A DNA stretch of 23,694 nucleotides, taken from NCBI GenBank assembly GCA_964576475.1, contig CAZNVG010000015.1, positions 1-23,694 of the forward strand. The letters run 5' to 3'. The position numbers were made by a program, and so were the translations under genes. The stretch is from an uncultured Candidatus Saccharibacteria bacterium. GTDB lineage: Bacteria; Patescibacteriota; Saccharimonadia; Saccharimonadales; CAZNVG01. Position 1 is the first letter of the stretch. Every line of letters starts with the position of its first letter. This document shows, one piece after another, positions 17,283-23,694 of the stretch. Below the pieces are notes generated by a model that saw only the letters and a program-made list of their open reading frames with translations, ran no database searches and was not told the origin of the DNA.

Positions 17283-18527
17283 ATGAACGAACACTCTGCC
17301 AAACTCTCTTTTGATGGCCCAATGCCATTCACACACCAAACAGTTGAACAAGTTGGAAACGAAGCCAATTTGCACGAAGTGCGACTGCTGTGTGATGACA
17401 TGTTCGATGACAGTAATTTTGTGTCTCGAATAGAGCGGGTTGGTCCAGATAGTAAAAAGCACGTCTGGTTGGTGTCGCCTGTCGTTGAAACAACGTTTAC
17501 TGACGGCGAAGCAATTGAGTTGCGACTGGCTCGATGCATAGATAGGAAAGTTCGACGTGATCCAAACAGTCGATCTGATACCTTTTTGATAATAGGCGAA
17601 GCAATTGAATCGCCACTTGCTGAGTTGTCTGTTCAGACGCATATGCGACCATTTGAGAAAGTAATTGACCATAGCAATCTGGAATCCTTTGATGTGAGTG
17701 AGGAACAATCTAGTCTGCTCGAGCGAACAGCGCGCGAACTGGCTCGTCTTCGAGTCGAAAGTTTGGACGCAAACAAAGACGCCCAAGCGCAGACCGAAGC
17801 TGAGAAGAAAGCAATTAGGAACAGACGAATAGATATCGCCCAGAGGTTCGGACTGGGAGCTGTTGTCGGTGTAGTTGTCGTAGGCTCAATTGTAGGCATG
17901 GGTTTTGCCGTTATCAGCGAGGCTGAAAAAGTAGAGACTCCCGTGATTCATCCAGCCGCTCAAAAGGTTACCAAAGCCACAGAGGGAACGTTTACCGGCA
18001 TTGGGCAATCAGCGCTCGTTCTAGAGCGCGATGAGGAAACATATAGCGCTATCAGTGCAGAGCTTTCTGCCGATTTCAAAGACGCGAACATTACTGAAGA
18101 GTGGGAACAGTTTTATGTAGACGCGAAAAGCCAGCTTGGGCTTCCTAGTGAGGTCTCTGTTGCCAGCCTTAATGGAAGATATGACAAAAACGTATATGAG
18201 TGGTTAGCGCTACCTACGAAGGATTGTCACTTGGTAATGTTTGAATCTGCTACAACTGGCGAAGATCGTATTGTCGGAGTGGAGACAGTCACCAAAGACA
18301 GCGCAAGAGGCGACTACAGTGTTGATGTAGGAAAAAAAGAAATGCGTGTAGATCTTGAAGACGAAGCGGACTACAATGCGCAGATTGTTGCTGCCAATGT
18401 CTGCAAAGTCGGAAGCGTGAAAGACAATCCTTCAGAAGACACCTATGACTGGGCGATTATGCGTGCTGTTACAGCCGAGGAGGCTGGTAGATTAGGCTAT
18501 CCGCTACCACCTGAAACCGAAGGCTGA
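17283..18527 (+). CDS. Bitopic membrane protein, paralog B (tandem duplicate of the upstream gene)
   Basis: Same architecture. Basic stretch RNRRIDIAQR, then TM helix FGLGAVVGVVVVGSIVGMGFAVI. Its own -10 TATAAT (17266-17271) lies 11 nt upstream of the ATG. A shared upstream motif ATAATAGTT precedes both paralogs. Confidence 0.65.
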   Translation: MNEHSAKLSFDGPMPFTHQTVEQVGNEANLHEVRLLCDDMFDDSNFVSRIERVGPDSKKHVWLVSPVVETTFTDGEAIELRLARCIDRKVRRDPNSRSDTFLIIGEAIESPLAELSVQTHMRPFEKVIDHSNLESFDVSEEQSSLLERTARELARLRVESLDANKDAQAQTEAEKKAIRNRRIDIAQRFGLGAVVGVVVVGSIVGMGFAVISEAEKVETPVIHPAAQKVTKATEGTFTGIGQSALVLERDEETYSAISAELSADFKDANITEEWEQFYVDAKSQLGLPSEVSVASLNGRYDKNVYEWLALPTKDCHLVMFESATTGEDRIVGVETVTKDSARGDYSVDVGKKEMRVDLEDEADYNAQIVAANVCKVGSVKDNPSEDTYDWAIMRAVTAEEAGRLGYPLPPETEG

Positions 18528-18556
18528 GAGAAGTCTCTGTTACACTAGAAGGTATA

Positions 18557-19981
18557 GTGACGTTTTATTTTTATGACTTAGAAACGAGTGGTCGCGACCC
18601 GCGTACGCAGCGGATAATGCAGTTCGCGGGACAACGCACAGACGAGAACCTAAATCTCATTGGTGAGCCTTTCGTGACGTGTGTTCGATTGTCAGACGAC
18701 ATTCTGCCAGAACCAGAAGCTGTTCTCTTGACGGGCATTACTCCGCAACAAGCCAACGATGAAGGCATTACTGAACCTGAGTTTTTGCGTCGATTTTACG
18801 AAGAAGTTTTGCAGCCTGACACCTGTATCATGGGTTATAACACTATACGTTTTGATGACGAATTTATGCGTTTTACGCTGTGGCGGAACTTTTATGATGC
18901 CTATGAGTGGCAATGGAAAGACGGCAGGTTTCGTTGGGATTTGATTGATGTCGTAAGGATGACGAGAGCGCTCCGACCTGATGGGATTGTCTGGCCTGTA
19001 GACGATAGCGGAAAACCAATCAATAAACTGACCGATTTAACATCGAGTAATGGGCTTGACCATGAAAATGCCCATGACGCACTGAGTGATGTATTGGCCA
19101 CGATAGACATGGCAAAGCTGCTCAAGGATAAACAGCCCAAGTTGTTTGATTATATGTTCAGCAAATGCCAGAAGCGTGACGTCGCCGCGCTGATTAATCC
19201 AGATAAACCGCAGCCTTTTGTGCATACAAGCGGTATGCTACCACCCGAATTCATCAATACGTCAGTCATGCTACCGCTATTCGCAGATAAAAAACAATCT
19301 ACCAAAATTGTTACGTATGATCTTCGCTATGATCCTGAGCAATTTGTGGATTTAAGTGTAGAAGAGCTACGTGCGAGACTGTTTACGCGTCGTGATGAGC
19401 TTGGAGATGTCCAACGTCTACCGCTCAAGGCAGTACATACCAACAAATCACCGGCAATTGCGCCACTTGGAGTACTCGATGAAGCGACGCAACAACGCAT
19501 CGGAATTAGTATTGAGACGATTGAGCTACATAGGAATAAGCTACTGCGACTGAAAGATCTCATGGCGAAACTGTATGATGCATGGCACGCTGATCAGCGA
19601 GAGTTTGACGACAATCCTGACGTAGATGCTTCATTGTACGGCGGCTCTTTCCTAGGAGATGCGGACAAGTCTACTGCTTTAGAAATCCGCAACGCCGATC
19701 AGAAGACACTCGGCAATTACAATCCGAGTTTTCAGGATAGCCGACTATCAGAGTTACTTTTTAGATACAAGGCACGAAACTTCCCATCAGTATTATCTGA
19801 AGAGGAACATATACGATGGGAAAACTACCGTAGAGAAAAACTTCTCATTAAAGGTGAGCTGCAACGTTACGGTGAAACTCTGCAGAAATTGATCCGTGAA
19901 CAGTCCGGAAAAAGAGAAGCTGCGCTTATCGAGGATCTGAAACTTTACGCTGAGAGTATCGTTCCAACAGATGAAAACTGA
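18557..19981 (+). CDS. sbcB: Exodeoxyribonuclease I (ssDNA 3'-5' exonuclease)
   Basis: VTFYFYDLETSGRDP... aligns to E. coli SbcB STFLFHDYETFG. Also YNTIRFDDEFMRFTLWRNFYDAYEWQWKDGRFRWDLIDV, HENAHDALSDVLATIDMAKL, KLFDYMF and LFRYKARNFP. GTG start 30 nt after paralog B. No in-frame ATG is available upstream. Confidence 0.9.
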   Translation: MTFYFYDLETSGRDPRTQRIMQFAGQRTDENLNLIGEPFVTCVRLSDDILPEPEAVLLTGITPQQANDEGITEPEFLRRFYEEVLQPDTCIMGYNTIRFDDEFMRFTLWRNFYDAYEWQWKDGRFRWDLIDVVRMTRALRPDGIVWPVDDSGKPINKLTDLTSSNGLDHENAHDALSDVLATIDMAKLLKDKQPKLFDYMFSKCQKRDVAALINPDKPQPFVHTSGMLPPEFINTSVMLPLFADKKQSTKIVTYDLRYDPEQFVDLSVEELRARLFTRRDELGDVQRLPLKAVHTNKSPAIAPLGVLDEATQQRIGISIETIELHRNKLLRLKDLMAKLYDAWHADQREFDDNPDVDASLYGGSFLGDADKSTALEIRNADQKTLGNYNPSFQDSRLSELLFRYKARNFPSVLSEEEHIRWENYRREKLLIKGELQRYGETLQKLIREQSGKREAALIEDLKLYAESIVPTDEN

Positions 19982-20080
19982 TTGATTAAATTGCAATAAA
20001 CTGACATAATATGCGCCTACTGCACATGTGTGGTGGAACGTTTACAATTCATCCAACCATGACACCCTGGAGGTGCGCCC

Positions 20081-22372
20081 ATGCGGCGATTCATAGCAAT
20101 AATGTTCATGGCTTCGGTCATGTTCATTCCGATTGGACACGCTGGTGCCAGCATGCTCCAAACCGTACCTGACTGCGACGCAGTCGTGCTCTCGTACGGA
20201 GACAGTCCGTTTGACGCCGCCGATCAGTCGTTTCAAGCGGCAGTAGAGCGTCTGCGATCAAACGACATCGACCTGCATGTCTGGGTCGTGCCAACCATCA
20301 AGCAAGCTGACGATCTGGCGTGGAAGAACGCCATGGTGTCACAGTGTCCGAACTGGCGCGAAGGCGACGATCTCGCTGCACGTACGTTCGTGATGCTGGT
20401 GACCTTCGAGGGTCCTCGTGGCGAGCGTCCGATCGGAGCTCGGTGGGGCTACGATCTTAGGTCGCAGCTCAGCGATTCAGACTGGTATGCGACACGAGAC
20501 AACTACCTGATTCCGAACTTGCGCGAAGGAGACTTCACGCGAGCGGTGACGGAGAGTCTTGATCGTTTCAGCGACATCATCGAAGGTGTCGACGATTCGT
20601 TCGTGCCAGCACAAGACACCGACAGCATCGCCAACGAAGCAGGCGGTGTCGACTCGGGTGGAGTTTCTGTCCCGTGGGCTCGAATTCTGTCGTGGCTCGG
20701 CGCAGGTCTGACGCTCATCGCGGCCGTGGCGGCATCAGTTCTCGGCATCCGTCGATACCTCGCCATCAAGGCAGTTCGTGCTGAAGCGGCGCGTGACTTC
20801 GAAGAGGCTCGGACGAGCTACTTCGATGCCGCGACGTTGCAGGATCAGTTGCATCAGCGCGCTGTGGTGCGACTCGGCAAGCTCGAAGCCAGCGAGGCGG
20901 CAAGCCTTGTTGACATTGAGCGAGCCGCATTGGCTCAGATGAGCGAGGTCACGCCCAGAATCGACGAGTTCGATAGTCGGATCAAGCAGCGTCGCTCCGG
21001 CGATGACTGGTCGACGTTCGGAGACGAAGTCGAGCGGTTTCGGGCTGACGTAGCCGGCACCAAAAGTGCGTTCGGTGACCTGCAAATTCGGCTCGACGAG
21101 CTGGACAAGTGGGAAGCTGAACTGCCGGCGATGCTCGATGATCTCGATGCGCAAGTGCCAAAAGTCGTTGCAGCAATCAAGCGGCAAAGCGATGCGGGTT
21201 TCCGTGTCGATTATCCGCAGCGTGTGCTGGATGACGGTCGTGCCATACTTCAGCAGGCGCGTGAGAAATTGAGCTCGAACGCCTTTGGCGCAGCCTGCCA
21301 GTCGGTGATGGAGTGCAGACTCGTTCTCCAAAAGGCGACTGAAGAGGCTGACGGGCTTCCGAAGCGATACGCCGATCTGCAGACTTGGATCGACGATCTG
21401 CAGGACGAACTCAAGCTCAACGTCGCTGCCCAGCAAACGGTCTCGCAAACACTGCACAGGCTTGTCGAGGAGTACAACCTGGACTCGCTCACCAGTGTGA
21501 GGGGGAACGATGTCACGGCGTCCGACAACAACGCCCAGTCTGCCAAGCTTCTCGATCTGGCAACTCGCCTGAGCGACATGAAGCAGCAGGATTGGGATGG
21601 TGCTGAAGGTGCGTGCCGGCAGGCCGAGACGTTGATCGACTCGACCAAGTCCATGCTCGAGGCGACGACTGCGCTGGATGTCAAGTTGCGTAATGCGCAT
21701 ACGCAAGCTCCCGGAACTCTCCGTGAGCTGACGCAGAACGCACAAGCTGCGCAGAGCTACGTCGACCAGCATCGTGGCGATATCGACACGAGCGTTGACC
21801 GATCCCTTCGAGAAGTCGAAGGTCGGATTTCGCAACTGGAGACGGAGCTCAGCAGGGAGAAGCCGGAGTACTTGTCCGTCTTGGACGAGCTCGCCAGCAT
21901 CAGCCAGGCGATCGAGTCGGCTCAGCAAAGCGCAGAACGCCAACACCAGAACATGGTGCAAGCGGCGTCAGTTGCTAAGTCGGCAATCGATGAGGCAGCT
22001 AGCTACATCTCTCGGAACTCAGGCATCGTGGAGAGCTCGGCTCGTAGCCAGCTTGATACCGCCCGAACCGAGTACAGCAACGGGCAGAACGCTCGTGGTC
22101 CAGAAGAGAAGCTGGCATATTTCCAGCGAGCTGCCAACGACGCCCAGTCGGCGGAATCGTCAGCTCGTTCAGACGTTGCCGCCGAAGAGGCACGGCTTCG
22201 TCGCATCGAAGAAGAGCGACGTCGTCGCGAGGACGAAGAGCGTCGTCGCCGGCAGCGCGAAGAAGACGATCGGCGTAGCTCCTCCATCAGCTCAAGCTCA
22301 AGCAGCTTCTCGAGTTTCGACTCGGGTGGCAGTAGCGGAGGAGACTCCGGTGGCGGGGGTGGCAGCTGGTAG
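20081..22372 (+). CDS. TPM-domain (TLP18.3/Psb32/MOLO-1-like) membrane protein with a long coiled-coil and a C-terminal Arg/Glu then Ser/Gly low-complexity tail. High-GC island 3.
   Basis: GGAGG lies 7 nt before the ATG. Signal peptide MRRFIAIMFMASVMFIPIGHAGAS. TPM-like core (DLHVWVVPT...FVMLVTFEGPRGERPIGARWGYDLRSQLSD). TM helix ILSWLGAGLTLIAAVAASVLGI. About 450 aa of heptad-rich sequence. Tail RRIEEERRRREDEERRRRQREEDDRRSSSISSSSSSFSSFDSGGSSGGDSGGGGGSW. Strong GC3 bias. Confidence 0.7.
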   Translation: MRRFIAIMFMASVMFIPIGHAGASMLQTVPDCDAVVLSYGDSPFDAADQSFQAAVERLRSNDIDLHVWVVPTIKQADDLAWKNAMVSQCPNWREGDDLAARTFVMLVTFEGPRGERPIGARWGYDLRSQLSDSDWYATRDNYLIPNLREGDFTRAVTESLDRFSDIIEGVDDSFVPAQDTDSIANEAGGVDSGGVSVPWARILSWLGAGLTLIAAVAASVLGIRRYLAIKAVRAEAARDFEEARTSYFDAATLQDQLHQRAVVRLGKLEASEAASLVDIERAALAQMSEVTPRIDEFDSRIKQRRSGDDWSTFGDEVERFRADVAGTKSAFGDLQIRLDELDKWEAELPAMLDDLDAQVPKVVAAIKRQSDAGFRVDYPQRVLDDGRAILQQAREKLSSNAFGAACQSVMECRLVLQKATEEADGLPKRYADLQTWIDDLQDELKLNVAAQQTVSQTLHRLVEEYNLDSLTSVRGNDVTASDNNAQSAKLLDLATRLSDMKQQDWDGAEGACRQAETLIDSTKSMLEATTALDVKLRNAHTQAPGTLRELTQNAQAAQSYVDQHRGDIDTSVDRSLREVEGRISQLETELSREKPEYLSVLDELASISQAIESAQQSAERQHQNMVQAASVAKSAIDEAASYISRNSGIVESSARSQLDTARTEYSNGQNARGPEEKLAYFQRAANDAQSAESSARSDVAAEEARLRRIEEERRRREDEERRRRQREEDDRRSSSISSSSSSFSSFDSGGSSGGDSGGGGGSW

Positions 22373-22408
22373 TCGGTTACCGCAAAGTGGTTGGATGAAG
22401 TAGGGCTT

Positions 22409-22468
22409 GGTGTCCAGAGTCGTGTGTGGTGGAGAAATCCATTGCTTTATACACCCACTCTGGACACC
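22409..22468. repeat. Perfect 12-bp inverted repeat between convergent genes (possible bidirectional terminator or protein-binding palindrome)
   Basis: GGTGTCCAGAGT (22409-22420) and ACTCTGGACACC (22457-22468), separated by 36 nt. No clear T-tract on either side. Confidence 0.4.
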
Positions 22469-22540
22469 AACCCTACACATCGAATCTAGGAATAGACATG
22501 AGGTCCTACTGATGAGTCGCAATAACGACGAAATTCGATT

Positions 22541-23371
22541 CTATACTTGGTAGCTACCGAGCAGCTGTATATCCCAGCCGATAGCCTTAATTTTCTCTAT
22601 TGCTTGCATACCTTCAGGAGATTTGGCCGAAACATCAAAATCAATATAAAACGCATACGCTCTTTCACTGCCAGGCAGAGGGTGGGAATCAAGTTTGCTC
22701 AAATTTATCCCGAGTTCCTTAAATACTCGAAGAGCTTCAAACAATGTTCCAGGGCGGTCACCAGCAGGTTCGGTCATGATAATACTGCTACGATTTGCTG
22801 CATCTGTCTCTATTGGTGTGTTGCTCAATACTATAAAGCGTGTGTAGTTTTCTGGGTCGTCATTTATTGGGCTCGCAATGATCGTTCCATCGTATTCTTC
22901 AGCAGCTTCTTTACCGGCAATCGCGAGTAGATGTGGGTTGTTCTCATTTACAACTCGACGCACAGCTTCTGCTGTGTCTGAAGTCTCCGTTCGCTTTGCG
23001 AGTGGTAAGTGCTCATTGAGCCAACCATCGCATTGTTCTAGAGCTGGGATCTGTGATAGAACTTCGGTTGAGTTGGCGTTAAGTTTGCCAAGATCGCCGG
23101 GAGCGCTACCAATAAGGTTCATGACGATATGTAGTCTGACTTCACCACATATCCATAGTTTTTCTTCAGCAAGCAATCTGTACACAGGATTAATGGATCC
23201 ATGCAAGGAGTTTTCAATAGCTACAATGCCTCGCTCAACAACGCCTTCACGTACCGCACCAAAGACATCTCTAAAAGTACGACACTCGAGTAATGTTATC
23301 TCCTCTCCAAGTAGCGTGCGAGCAGCTTGGTGATGAAACGAGCCTTTGATTCCTTGTATTGCGACTTTCAT
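22541..23371 (-). CDS. pheA: Prephenate dehydratase (PDT catalytic domain plus C-terminal ACT regulatory domain)
   Basis: MKVAIQGIKGSFHHQAA... The PDT signature ENYTRFIVLS (ESxTRF) is present, with an ACT-like C-terminus. The ATG at 23371 is preferred over TTG at 23392. TTTACG-18nt-TATACT lies upstream on the minus strand. Confidence 0.85.
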   Translation of the reverse strand: MKVAIQGIKGSFHHQAARTLLGEEITLLECRTFRDVFGAVREGVVERGIVAIENSLHGSINPVYRLLAEEKLWICGEVRLHIVMNLIGSAPGDLGKLNANSTEVLSQIPALEQCDGWLNEHLPLAKRTETSDTAEAVRRVVNENNPHLLAIAGKEAAEEYDGTIIASPINDDPENYTRFIVLSNTPIETDAANRSSIIMTEPAGDRPGTLFEALRVFKELGINLSKLDSHPLPGSERAYAFYIDFDVSAKSPEGMQAIEKIKAIGWDIQLLGSYQV

Positions 23372-23454
23372 AACAGGTACCAAGTATAGCAATAGTCTCG
23401 CTGAGACGTAAACGATATGCTACGCTTTATTCATAACGAGTTAGGAGCAGCCTA

Positions 23455-23694
23455 GTGGGGAGAAGAAACAGTAACGTACGTGCTAGAGGAAACTTACGCT
23501 CCGAAAGCAAACCTGTTCATCCCGCTCTTGGCGCTCTTCACCCCGTCATATATTCTGAAGAACTCGACTTTTTCTATTCCGACGTTGACACGGCTCTAAC
23601 TAATGTCGTCGAGCCGCTCATAAAGGCTAATGATCACGGCAGAGTTCATTCACGGCCCGGCTTTAAACTATTCGATGATGTTAGCAAAGCGGGT
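23455..23694 (+). CDS. Partial CDS (5' end only, runs off the window), unknown product
   Basis: AGGAG at 23443-23447, then 7 nt, then GTG at 23455. An open frame of 80 codons runs to the window edge (VGRRNSNVRARGNL...). Divergent from pheA. Confidence 0.35.
   Translation, partial: MGRRNSNVRARGNLRSESKPVHPALGALHPVIYSEELDFFYSDVDTALTNVVEPLIKANDHGRVHSRPGFKLFDDVSKAG

Noticed and set aside
20021-20028. Palindrome CACATGTG upstream of island 3
   Set aside because: It is only 8 bp and self-complementary by construction. It has no partner site or T-tract, so it is likely coincidental.
20735-21961. 408-aa ORF on the minus strand (and smaller ones at 20935-21180, 21250-21684, 22003-22287)
   Set aside because: Antisense artefacts inside the GC-rich TPM/coiled-coil gene. 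The plus-strand gene has a GGAGG SD, a signal peptide and a coherent domain architecture.
1-23694. CRISPR arrays, tRNA/rRNA genes, IS elements, integrases, or direct repeats bounding the GC-rich islands
   Set aside because: I scanned for tandem direct repeats, T-loop-like GTTCGAATC motifs, and transposase or integrase-like ORFs. None were found. The islands therefore do not look like classical integrative elements.

Overview
This is a bacterial chromosomal segment with a moderately low-GC background (about 40-50% G+C by eye; nothing was computed). I support about 22 protein-coding genes and found no rRNA, tRNA, CRISPR array, transposase or integrase.

Recognisable housekeeping genes are trmD, obg (with a clean intrinsic terminator), sbcB (exonuclease I), pheA (prephenate dehydratase) and a CDP-alcohol phosphatidyltransferase. 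A class II CPD photolyase is broken by an in-frame TAG.

Accessory content includes:
- a co-directional pair of membrane-anchored glycoside hydrolases (GH5 and GH114) that share an unusual conserved N-terminal leader module;
- a cytoplasmic GH37 trehalase;
- a LysM-LysM-CHAP peptidoglycan hydrolase;
- an HD-domain hydrolase translationally coupled to an unlisted 52-aa zinc-ribbon-like ORF;
- a tandem pair of paralogous bitopic membrane proteins abutting sbcB.

The most unusual signal is three separate single-gene islands of strongly G+C-rich DNA, roughly two-thirds G+C against the low-GC flanks. They encode a flotillin/SPFH scaffold protein, an unknown cytoplasmic protein, and a TPM-domain protein with a long coiled coil and a Ser/Gly tail. 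In each island the composition switches essentially at the start codon. Each appears to be driven by an AT-rich, host-style promoter, and two of the three carry GC-rich hairpins downstream. The encoded proteins also have high-GC-organism (actinobacterial-like) amino-acid composition. I read this as candidate gene-sized horizontal transfers from a high-GC donor into a low-GC genome, possibly host to epibiont. Assembly chimerism must be excluded by read mapping.

Many promoters here sit only 6-14 nt upstream of start codons, so transcripts look leaderless or short-leader.
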